A stretch of DNA of 64,000 nucleotides from IMG/VR virus record IMGVR_UViG_3300022868_000009, positions 62,001-126,000 of that record; one strand, 5' to 3'. Below the pieces are notes generated by a model that was given only the letters and a program-made list of their open reading frames with translations, ran no database searches and was not told the DNA's origin. Numbering within the stretch: position 1 is the stretch's first letter; every line of letters starts with the position of its first letter. Positions 1 through 11,111 of the stretch are shown here, one piece after another. A program made the position numbers and the translations under genes.

Positions 1-183
1 ATTTATAATCTTATTTTCTAAAATAACTTTACCATTTTTGTTTATGATATCAGGTATCAAGCCTCTACCATCTCTATGTACAATTATTAAATCATGTGAA
101 ATATCCACATCCAATTCACTATACGTTTTATATAAAACCGTTTCGAATGAATCACCTACTAACATTATTATTGCTATTTTCAT
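1..183 (-). CDS. Partial ORF (MKIAIIMLVGD...), probable glycosyltransferase-like gene of the glycan island, runs off window edge
   Basis: ATG at 183 overlaps stop of upstream gene; frame open to position 1. Confidence 0.5.
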   Translation of the reverse strand, partial: MKIAIIMLVGDSFETVLYKTYSELDVDISHDLIIVHRDGRGLIPDIINKNGKVILENKIIN

Positions 184-1532
184 CTTTTTAAAAAAACATT
201 TAAATCTTCTGGTGTGCCTAATCCCCACATTTTTTCAATATTAAATATTTTTATTTTTTTATTTTCTTTTATATATTCATTATAGACGGGTGCAACATAA
301 AACTCTCCATTTACTCTTATATCTTTTTGTATCATTTGTTCAGCATATTTCACATAATCTGAACCTTTAGACCAATAATATATTCCAACTGTTGCAATAT
401 CTGATATTGGTTTCTTTTCGGCAACCTCTATAACATTCTCATTTTCGTCCAATTTAGCAAAACTCCACTTTGGATGAGTTGATTTAAACGTCAACATACC
501 ACCATCAGCCTTAGTTTCTACCATCTTATAATAAAAATCGATTGGATTCCATTCTACAAATTGATCAGAATTAGCAATCAATAATGGTTTATCATTATTA
601 ATAAATTCTTTTGCCAATAATGTTGTGCAAGCAGCACCTTCAGTAAGACTATCAACTTGAACTATATTACATTTTGGTGTAATCAAATTCAATAAATATG
701 TTAAATTATATTTTTCATAATGTTCTTTCTGAACTACATAAGTATAATTAGCATCAAAACCTAGATTATCTACAACTACCTGAATCATTGGTTTTCCATT
801 AACTTCTATTAATGGTTTTGGAAATGTGTAACCTGCCTGTTGGAATCTACTTCCTGCACCAGCCATTGGTATTAAGACATTCAAATCTTTCATTTCAATT
901 TTTTCTTCTTCTTTATTCATATTTATTTTATTATTCAATTTTTCTAATGTTAAATCTTGTGGATTTTTAACAATTAGTAAATTTGCACCACTATTTCTAG
1001 CTGATTCAATGCCTCTTGGACTATCTTCCACAATAAGTGTCTCTCTAGGATTAATTCCTGCATGAGCCATACACCTCAAATATATTTCAGCATTTGGCTT
1101 TGGAATATTAACATCTTCGTTAGATAAATAATAATCAACATATTCTATTAAACCAGTTTTATATAACAACAATTTAACTGTTTCTCTTATTGCATTCGAT
1201 GCACAATATATTTTATAATCTTTTTCTTTTAAAGTTTTTAATAAATTTACTAATCTTTCATCTCTTTTAATATTACTACGAATTAATTCAAAAGTTAATT
1301 TTTGTTTTTCATCATAGATTTCTTTATGTAATTCTGATGGTAAACCTTTTTCATCTGTAAGCATTTTCAATTTTCTACCAGTCGGCAAACCATCATATCT
1401 ATTATAATGTTCATCTAATGTGATAATATATTTTTCTTGACTTATTTTTTTAATTGCATCGTTTAATGAGTCATAATGTAAATCTTTAGTTTCAACTAAT
1501 ACACCATCTAAATCAAATATTATCAATTTCAT
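180..1532 (-). CDS. HAD-family phosphatase fused to sugar-phosphate nucleotidyltransferase-like domain
   Basis: N-terminal FDLDGVL, KP and EDS HAD motifs; C-terminal LIPMAGAGSRF...PKPLI and NGEFYVAP NTP-transferase motifs. Confidence 0.85.
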   Translation of the reverse strand: MKLIIFDLDGVLVETKDLHYDSLNDAIKKISQEKYIITLDEHYNRYDGLPTGRKLKMLTDEKGLPSELHKEIYDEKQKLTFELIRSNIKRDERLVNLLKTLKEKDYKIYCASNAIRETVKLLLYKTGLIEYVDYYLSNEDVNIPKPNAEIYLRCMAHAGINPRETLIVEDSPRGIESARNSGANLLIVKNPQDLTLEKLNNKINMNKEEEKIEMKDLNVLIPMAGAGSRFQQAGYTFPKPLIEVNGKPMIQVVVDNLGFDANYTYVVQKEHYEKYNLTYLLNLITPKCNIVQVDSLTEGAACTTLLAKEFINNDKPLLIANSDQFVEWNPIDFYYKMVETKADGGMLTFKSTHPKWSFAKLDENENVIEVAEKKPISDIATVGIYYWSKGSDYVKYAEQMIQKDIRVNGEFYVAPVYNEYIKENKKIKIFNIEKMWGLGTPEDLNVFLKR

Positions 1533-2268
1533 TCCATTTTATATTATTTTTTTTAAAAAAATCAAATAATTTTTCTTCACCATTTAAATTTTCTATTTGA
1601 TCCAATGATATAGTATTTAATATTAAATTTTCTTTTTCACTCGAAAAAGTAAAAATCTTATCCTTTTGTTTTAATAATTTAACTGTCGAAAATTTATTCA
1701 TACTAAATTCATTATTTTTTTTAACTCTATAAGACCATTCTACATCTTCACCTTCACCCCAACAAAGATTATCGTTTAATAGATATTTAAACATCATTTC
1801 TTTTTTAGCAACCCAATAAGATCCAGAAAAATACATCAATTTACTTAAATGTTCCATCTCATATGGTATTAACAAACCACTAACTAAATTTTCACAATCA
1901 TAAGACCATAATGTCCAATCCCTGTATCTAGAACCATCTAAATTTTGTATCTTATTCATACAAAATGAAAAATAATCACCGTATTCTAAAAAACCTTCAT
2001 ACCAATTATCACACAATACTATATAATCGTGCATATATACTATATTTTCATATTTAGCATTTTCTGTGATTATGTTCTTTTTCCTTGTGATCCACATTTT
2101 TTTTATTGTTTCATCAAAAGTTATAACTTTCGTATTAGTTCTATTTATATTAGAATCACCCACAATAATTATTTCATATTCAGGTATATTTTGCTTTTCG
2201 ATACTATCAACAATAATATTGAGATTTTTATCATTTCCACCTGTTATTATACCAAAAGTAAATTTCAT
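1513..2268 (-). CDS. GT-A fold glycosyltransferase (GT2-like), paralogue of 4382-5155
   Basis: MKFTFGIIT...YEIIIVG...MHDYI...GEDVEWS; start placed at 2268 by TAATG overlap with upstream gene. Confidence 0.75.
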   Translation of the reverse strand: MKFTFGIITGGNDKNLNIIVDSIEKQNIPEYEIIIVGDSNINRTNTKVITFDETIKKMWITRKKNIITENAKYENIVYMHDYIVLCDNWYEGFLEYGDYFSFCMNKIQNLDGSRYRDWTLWSYDCENLVSGLLIPYEMEHLSKLMYFSGSYWVAKKEMMFKYLLNDNLCWGEGEDVEWSYRVKKNNEFSMNKFSTVKLLKQKDKIFTFSSEKENLILNTISLDQIENLNGEEKLFDFFKKNNIKWNEIDNI

Positions 2269-2866
2269 TACATTAATTCCCAATTTTCCCATACAAATTC
2301 ATAATTATATGTCAAGTCATGTGTCAAATTCAATTTTCTTTGAATTTCTTCCCTTTTATATTCTGCATCATCTATGAAATCGTGAAATTGAATTTGAATG
2401 TTTTTTATTTTTTTATCTGATTTTTCTCCAACAAGTTAGTTAACAAATCATATTCACCGCCTTCAATGTTAATTTTCATTAAATCAATATAATTGATATT
2501 ATTTTCAATCAAAAATTCAGAAATATCTCTTAATTCTATTTCTTGACTCTTATCTTTCACATCAAAAACTCCTGATGAATCACCATCTAAAGATATCAAT
2601 GTTTGTTTATTTTTATCACAAAAACCAAAATTGTATATTTTAAAATTATCATTTTTGTTAAATTTTTCAATTATTAAATTATAAAAACTATCAACTGGCT
2701 CAAAAATATACATTTTTGAACCATATTTATTATATATTTGTTCTGACCATGAACCATGATAACCACCAATATCAAAAACAATAGAATTTTTATTCAATTC
2801 ATAATCTAATCTTTTAGTATTTTCACAACCGTCTCTTACCCATCTATGATATTCATTTATATTCAT
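2268..2866 (-). pseudogene. FkbM-family methyltransferase interrupted by a frameshift in an A7 run
   Basis: VFDIGGYHG, FEPV, MKINIEGGEY in ORF 2405-2866; expected C-terminus IKNIQIQFHDF...YEFVWENWELM* continues in the shifted frame to 2268. Confidence 0.75.
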
Positions 2867-2875
2867 ATTGCAAAG

Positions 2876-3679
2876 TTAATTTTTTATATATTTAATTTCT
2901 ATTTCTTGGTGACATGAAATATTTTCAAAACCATCTATATTTTCTAAACTTATTCTATGACCATTTAAAAAATTGTTATTTAATTTTTCTTGATTTTCAT
3001 TTCCATGGAAATTAGGATTGTTTGTTTGTACCTTGTTACATGGATTATTAATGATAATTGATTCATTATAACATACAATCTTAGATTTGTTTATAGAATT
3101 TACATTTCCAGCCAATACTAATTCCAATGAATTTGGGTTTTTATAATCTTTAAATAATAATGGTAAAATATCAACAGTATTAAATATATGACCATCTAAT
3201 GACATCGGATAACCATAATCACCTATTTCACCAACCCATTTAAAAATTGAACTATTACCAACTTTTTCAAAAATCGGCAATTTATCATATATTGTTCGAT
3301 TGGAATAACAACTTTTAAGCTTTATATGTAATCTCAAACTTCTACAAATAATATAGGAATCCTTGTTAAAAATTTTTTCTTGATCATCATAAAAATCAAT
3401 TTTATTCTTAAATACATCATCATCAACAAAAAATACAGAATATAAATTCTCAGTACTGATTATACTAATCAAATCGGATTTAAAAGAAGTTTCTCTAATA
3501 AAATTTATATTTTTAAAATCCGATATTAATATATCATATCCTTTCTTAAAATCTGAACTTGAAAATGTATATAAAACATTAATTTTATAATCTTGACAGT
3601 TTATAACATATTTATTAAAGCTCCTTAAAAACAATTCTAATTGTAAAGCTCTATCTTTACTAAAAACTACAATATTCAT
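2876..3679 (-). CDS. Putative glycosyltransferase (GT-A)
   Basis: IVVFSKDRALQL...FFVDDDVF (DxD)...GYPMSLDGHIF. Confidence 0.65.
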   Translation of the reverse strand: MNIVVFSKDRALQLELFLRSFNKYVINCQDYKINVLYTFSSSDFKKGYDILISDFKNINFIRETSFKSDLISIISTENLYSVFFVDDDVFKNKIDFYDDQEKIFNKDSYIICRSLRLHIKLKSCYSNRTIYDKLPIFEKVGNSSIFKWVGEIGDYGYPMSLDGHIFNTVDILPLLFKDYKNPNSLELVLAGNVNSINKSKIVCYNESIIINNPCNKVQTNNPNFHGNENQEKLNNNFLNGHRISLENIDGFENISCHQEIEIKYIKN

Positions 3680-4377
3680 TTTTTAAACATCATTTTTAAT
3701 GATAAGATATTATCTTTATCGTTATAAAATAATTCTTTTGGTGTTTTAGATTTTATCAAATCATTATATGATATTTTTGTTTCTGGGTTACCACCATAAC
3801 TAAAATCTTGATAAACTAACGGTTCTTTCAAAGCATAAACATTCAAAAAAGGCAACACTTTAACAATAGTATTATCCCACACATAATCAATATAATATGC
3901 CTCCATTACACATCTCTGCAATGTTGTTGCGCCTTTGACACTACAAACTATTACACCATGAGTACTTAACATATTATAAATTCTAAATATATCATTATTA
4001 ACATCATCATAAATTAATCCTTTCCTACCACTACAAAAATTATCATTTGGTTCAACACCATAAGGACTTAAACCAATATATAATATATCTATATCATCAG
4101 GTATTTCTATATTTTCTGGAATATTTCTATTTAATGATATATCATCTTCTAACATTACATATGATTGGAATTGTTTATTTCTATTTTGATTATGTATACC
4201 AGCATCTATCATCCTAGAATAACCAATTGATCCGGATTGTTGTTTTGGAATATCTAAAATTGGGTTAACTTCCGTTAGATCATAATCTTTCAAGATATCC
4301 ATTATATGATTTTTTCTAAGATCATTTCTACCTGTCGTTAGATAATAATATTTTATTGTTTTTAAATTTAAATTCAT
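3676..4377 (-). CDS. GT25-like glycosyltransferase
   Basis: VMLEDDI, DILYIG, MLSTHG motifs; start moved to MNLNLK. Confidence 0.6.
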   Translation of the reverse strand: MNLNLKTIKYYYLTTGRNDLRKNHIMDILKDYDLTEVNPILDIPKQQSGSIGYSRMIDAGIHNQNRNKQFQSYVMLEDDISLNRNIPENIEIPDDIDILYIGLSPYGVEPNDNFCSGRKGLIYDDVNNDIFRIYNMLSTHGVIVCSVKGATTLQRCVMEAYYIDYVWDNTIVKVLPFLNVYALKEPLVYQDFSYGGNPETKISYNDLIKSKTPKELFYNDKDNILSLKMMFKK

Positions 4378-4381
4378 ATTT

Positions 4382-5155
4382 TCAATTTTTTTTATTCCTT
4401 TGAATATGATTATATATTCCATGTGAATATAACAATTTTGTATATGTTGCATCATTGTTATAACCTGTAATATTATTGTTTAATATTTCAATATCTTCTT
4501 TTTCACACTCTACCATTACAGGCATCATTTTTAATGACTTAACCATTGATTTTTCATTAATACTAAATTTATACTTATTCCTAACTCTTAATGACCATTC
4601 AACATCTTCTCCTTGTCCCCACATCAAATCTTCGTTCAATTTGTTCTCCAACATCACACTTTTTTTAGCTACCCAATAATAACCTGGAATATACATCATT
4701 TTGTTTAAATTTTCTACATCATATGGTATCACTAATCTGTTACTTTTCAAAAAATTATTAACATCATCAGACCATAAACACCAATCTTTAACCCTACTGA
4801 TGTCATCAACATTAACAATTTTATTCATACATATGAAAAAATCATCACCATATTCTAAAAAACATTTATACCAATTATCCAACAAACAAATATAATCGTG
4901 CATATAAACTATATTTTCATATTTAGCGTTTTCAGTTATCAAATTCTTTTTCCTTGTAATCCACATATTTTTTATGGTTTCATCAAATTTTATATGTTTT
5001 ACATTTTCGCCTTCGATGTGTTTACCACCGACTACTATTATTTCATATTCAGGTATATTTTGATCTTTAATAGACTTTATTATTAAATCCAAAAAATCAA
5101 AATCGGTATTTTTAAAATTTTTCTCTGAAGTTATTATACCAAAAGTGAATTTCAT
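4382..5155 (-). CDS. GT2-like glycosyltransferase, paralogue of 1513-2268
   Basis: MKFTFGIIT, WITRKKN, YMHDYI, GQGEDVEWS shared with 1513-2268. Confidence 0.75.
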   Translation of the reverse strand: MKFTFGIITSEKNFKNTDFDFLDLIIKSIKDQNIPEYEIIVVGGKHIEGENVKHIKFDETIKNMWITRKKNLITENAKYENIVYMHDYICLLDNWYKCFLEYGDDFFICMNKIVNVDDISRVKDWCLWSDDVNNFLKSNRLVIPYDVENLNKMMYIPGYYWVAKKSVMLENKLNEDLMWGQGEDVEWSLRVRNKYKFSINEKSMVKSLKMMPVMVECEKEDIEILNNNITGYNNDATYTKLLYSHGIYNHIQRNKKN

Positions 5156-5754
5156 AATTTTTCAATTATTTTTGCCCAATCTGAATTGTTGCATATTAAA
5201 TGTTCATACCTATCTAAATTAATATGTTTAGGGTTAACAAACCAATCTTCAAATGAATTATTTGAATGTTTGACATTAGCACAAACCAAAAAATATCCTA
5301 ACTCTTCGAAGAGAGTTCTTGTATATTTTTGTAATTTATTACCAATTCTATAAACATCATGCTCAAATGTCATACATTTGAATTCATATTTATGAAAAGG
5401 AAATTCTTTAAGAACATCAAAAGTATCATCATCAACATCAAATGATATATAATCTATAACATCTGGACATAAATTATACTCTAAAAATTCTTCTAATGTA
5501 TATTTTTTGTTGTCTATTTTAATATCTGTCAAATCTATTGAGTATGACTTACTTTTTCTTATTTTTTTGCATTCATTTATTGAATCTTCATCAATATCTA
5601 TTAACAAACCATCCCATCCTTCTGATTCCAGTAAATATGTATTATTATATGAAATAGGTTCTCTACAACCTAAATCTAAAAAATATCCATTTTTAGTGTC
5701 ACATATATATTTTGCAAAAATATCTTGACCTACTTGAGAGTTACTTTTTTCCAT
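5152..5754 (-). CDS. FkbM/Methyltransf_21-like SAM methyltransferase
   Basis: SQVGQD, GYFLDLG, NNTYLLE..GWDGLLID, IDYISFDVD, FEDWFV. Confidence 0.75.
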   Translation of the reverse strand: MEKSNSQVGQDIFAKYICDTKNGYFLDLGCREPISYNNTYLLESEGWDGLLIDIDEDSINECKKIRKSKSYSIDLTDIKIDNKKYTLEEFLEYNLCPDVIDYISFDVDDDTFDVLKEFPFHKYEFKCMTFEHDVYRIGNKLQKYTRTLFEELGYFLVCANVKHSNNSFEDWFVNPKHINLDRYEHLICNNSDWAKIIEKL

Positions 5755-5765
5755 AATTATTTTAT

Positions 5766-6542
5766 TTATTTAAACGCATAATAATTTATTCCAGGCGTTA
5801 TCCTGATTTTCTCTGTAAGAATATTACTTTCTTTAACTATATTATCAATATTAGTAGATTCAATCATAAACGGTATGTGATTACCACATTGATGATATGA
5901 TATCAATACATTTTCTTTATCAAATAAAGATTTAGATTTACAGAAATCATGATAATAAACATCAGATTCACTGATAGCCCAATTACTTACAAAACTATCA
6001 AATACATCATAATCAACATATTCTAGATTTTCTAATGATACTAAATTAATCTTTTTACAAACATCTTCTTTAGATTTAATTATTTGAACATTATCATATC
6101 CAAACAATTCACCTAGGAAATAGTATTGTAACTCTACTAATTCTGGTAAATCAATTATGGTATAATTCTCAACATCTTTTAATTTCATAATTATAGCCGC
6201 CATATTTCCATATCCACCACCCCATTCTAAAATTGAAGAACCTAACAATTTATCAGTCGTTTTTTTATATCTATATAAATGATATAAATGATGTATTATA
6301 TTACCATTTAACTCTAAATCATCAATTTTAAAAATTTCTGGATTACCAATTTTATTTATACTTTGCAATTTTTCAATTTCTTCTAAATCAAATAATTCTT
6401 TAATACAAGAAAATTGTGTTGAGTTAATTTCATCATTTCTAAAAAACATCGTTTGATTAATTACATTATTTTTTAAAAAATTTGTTTTATCGCTCATACT
6501 TATACTTTTTGAAAAATTGACCCATTCTTTTTTAACTTTCAT
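5766..6542 (-). CDS. Putative sugar O-methyltransferase
   Basis: ILEWGGGYGNMA, YTIIDLPE, SNWAISE. Confidence 0.7.
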   Translation of the reverse strand: MKVKKEWVNFSKSISMSDKTNFLKNNVINQTMFFRNDEINSTQFSCIKELFDLEEIEKLQSINKIGNPEIFKIDDLELNGNIIHHLYHLYRYKKTTDKLLGSSILEWGGGYGNMAAIIMKLKDVENYTIIDLPELVELQYYFLGELFGYDNVQIIKSKEDVCKKINLVSLENLEYVDYDVFDSFVSNWAISESDVYYHDFCKSKSLFDKENVLISYHQCGNHIPFMIESTNIDNIVKESNILTEKIRITPGINYYAFK

Positions 6543-7359
6543 CTTTAATCTTTTTTAATATTTTTATATATTTTTCAGCTGAGATCTCTAATGTATGATT
6601 CTCTAAAATATATTTTCTAGGTTCATGTTCTTTTGATAAAAATTTATCAAATGTTTTATCTTCTATATTATCCACAATCAATCCACATCTATCATCAAAC
6701 CATGGTACAGATGTTGCAGGAAATCTATTATTCCAGACTTTTTGATCTAAAACATAAATTGGAATATCCATTGATAACATCTCCATGTAAGCGATTCCTT
6801 GACTTTCAGTATTATCAATTAATATACAATATTTTGACTTATTACACAGATCAATTAAATGTTTTTCTGTATAAGAACCATATCTAATTACATTATATGT
6901 TAAATTTTTAGAATTTAAAAAACTTGTAACAACATCTAAATCCACGTTTTGTCTATTCTTAAAATATACTAGACAATCATATTGGATATCTTTTTTTGGT
7001 TTGAATAATTCTGTGTCAATACCTGCAGACCAAATATAAATATTGATATCTTTTGTTAAAGCAAAACTCTTATATTTATCATAAACCCATTGTGATGGTA
7101 CAACATAATGATTATATTTTTTCCAAAATCCCGGTTGATCCGAAGGCACAACCATTATATTAGGACCCATTAATGTATTAGAAGGATGATCACCTGGCCA
7201 GAATGAACCATTATAATCTCCATAACCATTTTCAACAACTTCGCAACCGTTTAATTTTAAACCTTTTAAAGTATTATTATACACTTTTCCAGGTCCTCTA
7301 TTAATCCATTCCTTAGAAGCTGGTCCAAATAATCCTATTTTCATATCTTTATATTCCAT
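6532..7359 (-). CDS. GT-B (GT4-like) glycosyltransferase
   Basis: VVPSQWV, GIDTELFKP, ESQGIAYMEMLSMDIP. Confidence 0.75.
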   Translation of the reverse strand: MEYKDMKIGLFGPASKEWINRGPGKVYNNTLKGLKLNGCEVVENGYGDYNGSFWPGDHPSNTLMGPNIMVVPSDQPGFWKKYNHYVVPSQWVYDKYKSFALTKDINIYIWSAGIDTELFKPKKDIQYDCLVYFKNRQNVDLDVVTSFLNSKNLTYNVIRYGSYTEKHLIDLCNKSKYCILIDNTESQGIAYMEMLSMDIPIYVLDQKVWNNRFPATSVPWFDDRCGLIVDNIEDKTFDKFLSKEHEPRKYILENHTLEISAEKYIKILKKIKDES

Positions 7360-8164
7360 TCCAACCTAATCCTAATGTTATACTTGTCTGTACATTTGAA
7401 AACCATTTATGTGGATAAATAACTATTTTATCCAAATTATCTGATAAATAAGCAGCCCACCAAGCAAATGAACTATTTGGTATTATAAAATGTTTACAAT
7501 TTCTCATCAATTCTAAATATTCACTAAATCTATCACCTTTATAAGAATGGTCTACTATAGTTGAATTTTCAAAAATTAAATTTTCTTTACACCACTCTAT
7601 ATCATCACTAAAAATATAATAATGAGTATTGTCAACTCTAGACTCAATCACACTTTTTGCTTTTAACACATAATCTACATCCATAACACCATGAAAATTA
7701 GTATTCAAATAATCAGTTCTCCTAATATTAATCATGACAGAATTTCTAGATTTTATCTCGTCTAGTAATTCTTTAGATCTTTCAGAAATATCATTTTTTA
7801 ATGTAAATTCTTTTTTAATAACATCCTCAATTTCTTCAAAATATTTAAAACATTGCCAATAACCTTCCAAATAAATATTAGTGTCTTTGCTAATATATTT
7901 GAATTTGTTTGATTTAATATAATTAAATAAAGAATTTGGTTCATTTATTTCTATATAGCCATCAATTTCATTTATAAATGATTCTTCAATATTAAATAAA
8001 TTTAAATCATAATCTCTATAAATAAAACCTGGATTCATATCCCTTCTTTTTAAGAAAGATAAATCCATTTTCAAATCTCTATCACTTAATAATGATATTT
8101 TCTTAGCAAAAGCATATTGGAACATCTGATTACCCATTCCGCCCATTAATTTTGTTATTACCAT
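7349..8164 (-). CDS. Alpha-1,2-fucosyltransferase-like (GT11)
   Basis: GGMGNQMFQYA, EGYWQ, IRRTDY, FSDDIEWC, NSSFAWWAAYL. Confidence 0.9.
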   Translation of the reverse strand: MVITKLMGGMGNQMFQYAFAKKISLLSDRDLKMDLSFLKRRDMNPGFIYRDYDLNLFNIEESFINEIDGYIEINEPNSLFNYIKSNKFKYISKDTNIYLEGYWQCFKYFEEIEDVIKKEFTLKNDISERSKELLDEIKSRNSVMINIRRTDYLNTNFHGVMDVDYVLKAKSVIESRVDNTHYYIFSDDIEWCKENLIFENSTIVDHSYKGDRFSEYLELMRNCKHFIIPNSSFAWWAAYLSDNLDKIVIYPHKWFSNVQTSITLGLGWNGI

Positions 8165-8165
8165 A

Positions 8166-9299
8166 TTATTTATTATTTTCAAATTCTACCATTTGTTTAA
8201 TTGTTTCATCTAAACTAATAGTTATATCCCAATTTGGATAATCTTTTTTAAATTTTGATAAATCAGAAATATACCAAATATGATCTCCAACTCTATTTTC
8301 ATCTGAAATTGTATAATTTTTCCAATCTGTGCCTGCAATCTCATTTATTTTATCTATTGCTTCTAAGACTGAAATATCATTTCCTCTTCCTCCACCTGCA
8401 TTATATACTTCTCCACATTTTGGGTTTTGGTGAAACTCCCAAAACATATTAAGTAAATCTAATGAATGTATATTATCTCTTACTTGTTTTCCTTTATAAC
8501 CAAATATAGTATATGGTTTATCATGTACTATACATTTAACTAAATATGAAAGAAAACCATGTAATTCTGTTCCTGCGTGATTAGGACCAGTTAAACAACC
8601 ACCTCTGAATATACCTATTGGCATATCAAAGTATTTACCATATTCTTGACACATAACATCCGCAGCAAGTTTAGAAGCACCAAACACAGAATGCAAAGAA
8701 TCATCTATCGGAAAATTTTCATCAATTGAATATAAAGTTCCATTCACTCTATTTTTAGCTTCAAATCTTTTTTCATCTTCATCAATTAAAAATGGTACAT
8801 ACATTGGATCTTTTTCTAAATCATAATCCCTACCTTTTGTTAAATTCTTATATTCAGAATAATAATAATTTGGTCTATCACCATAAACTTTATTTGTTGA
8901 TGTATAAATAAATGTAGATTTATCGCAATATTTCCTTGTTAGTTCTAACATATTTAATGTTCCATTAGCATTAATTGTAAAATCCGTTATTGGTTCTTTT
9001 GCAGCCCAATCATGAGATGGTTGCGCAGCAGCATGAATTATTATTTTTACATCTTGTGAATATTTAATGAATATTTTTTCTAATTCAACAAAATCTCTGA
9101 TATCACAATCATAAGAAATATAATTTTTTAATGTATTTTTAAGATGTTCGTTAGATTCTTTTGTTGATGCTTCTTCACCAAAAAAATACGATCTCATATC
9201 ATTATCTATTCCTACAACTTTGTAACCTTTTTCATGAAAAAAATTACATGATTGAGAACCGATCAATCCTGCAGACCCAGTTATAATTGCTACGTCCAT
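8166..9299 (-). CDS. NAD-dependent NDP-sugar epimerase (CDP-paratose 2-epimerase-like)
   Basis: ITGSAGLIG, HAAAQPSHD, STNKVYG, GASK, GKQVRDNIH. Confidence 0.9.
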   Translation of the reverse strand: MDVAIITGSAGLIGSQSCNFFHEKGYKVVGIDNDMRSYFFGEEASTKESNEHLKNTLKNYISYDCDIRDFVELEKIFIKYSQDVKIIIHAAAQPSHDWAAKEPITDFTINANGTLNMLELTRKYCDKSTFIYTSTNKVYGDRPNYYYSEYKNLTKGRDYDLEKDPMYVPFLIDEDEKRFEAKNRVNGTLYSIDENFPIDDSLHSVFGASKLAADVMCQEYGKYFDMPIGIFRGGCLTGPNHAGTELHGFLSYLVKCIVHDKPYTIFGYKGKQVRDNIHSLDLLNMFWEFHQNPKCGEVYNAGGGRGNDISVLEAIDKINEIAGTDWKNYTISDENRVGDHIWYISDLSKFKKDYPNWDITISLDETIKQMVEFENNK

Positions 9300-9316
9300 T
9301 TAATTTTTAATTGTTT

Positions 9317-9922
9317 TTATAAGTTATAAACATATAATGCTTCATTAACACATTCTACTTTATAACCAAGTTCATATAATCTTATATAAAAATCCCAATC
9401 TTCATTAGCCTTCATATTATCTTTAAATTTAATATTTCTTGCAATATCTAATTTAAACATAACAGTTGGATGATTTATACAATTTGATACTTTTAAACTT
9501 TCTAATGTTAAAGATTCAACCATAGTCTTTTTATTGCATCCGAGACCAATGATTTGTTGATTTCTCATATCATACATTTCTGTTGCAAGAAATTTACAAT
9601 CCTCATTTTCATTAAAATATTTGACTTGCTTCTCTATCTTACTTGGCAACATATAATCATCTGCATCACACCAACAACACAATTCTGTATTAGATAATTC
9701 TAATAGTCTATTTCTAGAATAACCTCTACCTTTATTACCATCATTTTCATTGTAAATTATTCTAACATCATCATATTCATCTACAATTTGTTTAGAATTA
9801 TCAGTAGAACCATCATTTAACAAAACAATATAAATCTCTTTATATGTTTGTTTCAATATACTATCAATACATTTTTTAATTGTACTTTCAGCATTATAAA
9901 AAGGAATTAAAATACTAACCAT
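9317..9922 (-). CDS. GT2 glycosyltransferase
   Basis: VSILIPFYN, NDGSTD, DADD, EDWDF. Confidence 0.9.
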   Translation of the reverse strand: MVSILIPFYNAESTIKKCIDSILKQTYKEIYIVLLNDGSTDNSKQIVDEYDDVRIIYNENDGNKGRGYSRNRLLELSNTELCCWCDADDYMLPSKIEKQVKYFNENEDCKFLATEMYDMRNQQIIGLGCNKKTMVESLTLESLKVSNCINHPTVMFKLDIARNIKFKDNMKANEDWDFYIRLYELGYKVECVNEALYVYNL

Positions 9923-9924
9923 AA

Positions 9925-10578
9925 TTAAATTTTTCTTTCGAAGATAGAAAAACCAAATCTATAATCCTGATTATCATATACAGCCTCATACTCATTTGAT
10001 TCTATTATTTCTTTTCTAATTTTCTCACATTTTAAGGATTTTGTGTCATCTAATGCCACAATTTTTACTCTATCTTTTAATTTTATCCATTCTGGATATG
10101 TTGAATACTCACCACCATCCAAAATTAAAAAATCAATTGATTCTGGTAACTCATCAAGAATGTTTTTAGCTTTTTTCAAAAAATCGAGATCTTTATAATA
10201 CCAAAGCTGACTATGTAAAGCACTTATACCATGTTGATCTTGGCCTTTTTTCATTGTATCAGTAACTAAATTGTGATCAAACCAAAAAACATCATTTACA
10301 TCAATTACTCTGCCATTTAACAATTTAACATATTTTATAAGGTTTTTTTCAGTTAAATTTTCTTTTGCTTCTTCATACATATCAGGATACAATTCAATTG
10401 ACACAAAGTTTTTTTCAACACCAGAATCTATAATTGATTTTATGACACAGGTGGTTGAACCAAATCCATTCCAAGTACCAAATTCCACTATGTTATTAAC
10501 ATCTTCTCTTTTCACAACATCATAAATCAAATCACCAGACGTTGATCCAATGTTTATTTGTCCTACTTTATATTTCAT
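9925..10578 (-). CDS. Class I SAM-dependent methyltransferase
   Basis: IVEFGTWNGFGST, IDFLILDGGE. Confidence 0.7.
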   Translation of the reverse strand: MKYKVGQINIGSTSGDLIYDVVKREDVNNIVEFGTWNGFGSTTCVIKSIIDSGVEKNFVSIELYPDMYEEAKENLTEKNLIKYVKLLNGRVIDVNDVFWFDHNLVTDTMKKGQDQHGISALHSQLWYYKDLDFLKKAKNILDELPESIDFLILDGGEYSTYPEWIKLKDRVKIVALDDTKSLKCEKIRKEIIESNEYEAVYDNQDYRFGFSIFERKI

Positions 10579-10619
10579 TTCATTTCATTTATTTTATTTC
10601 CCATTTAGAATGAGAATAT

Positions 10620-11111
10620 TTAATTTTTTTGTCCAACAATCATAAAAGAATTGTTTAAATCCTTTTCTGAATTAAATATATTGTTATATCCATTGTTTAA
10701 CATATAGTCTTTAACAATTTCAGGTGTTAAAACATGAATATGTTTAGTATTATTCCAAGGTCTCCAATATTCTTGTGAATAATGTGGTAAATATAGAAAT
10801 AAAATACCACCATCAACTAATCTTTCTGTCCAATAATCCAGAGCAGTTACCCAATTTTTCAAATGTTCTAAACAATGACTTGAATATATATAATCAACAT
10901 TTCCATCAGGTAAATTATAAGCATCATAATCATCATCAAAATTTATATCTATAGGCACAGAATTTGGAAAAGACCATTCTTTTTTCATACAACCTATATC
11001 ATAACCACAACCTTCACAAAAGTGTTTTGCAAATGGTATTGCGAATTGTGACGCATTACCCATACTTTGAAAGTGTGGATATGTTTTATTGTTATACTCT
11101 ATAAGTTTCAT
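10620..11111 (-). CDS. Class I SAM-dependent methyltransferase (Methyltransf_11-like)
   Basis: GYDIGC, DYIYSSHCLEH, GGILFLYLP. Confidence 0.8.
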   Translation of the reverse strand: MKLIEYNNKTYPHFQSMGNASQFAIPFAKHFCEGCGYDIGCMKKEWSFPNSVPIDINFDDDYDAYNLPDGNVDYIYSSHCLEHLKNWVTALDYWTERLVDGGILFLYLPHYSQEYWRPWNNTKHIHVLTPEIVKDYMLNNGYNNIFNSEKDLNNSFMIVGQKN

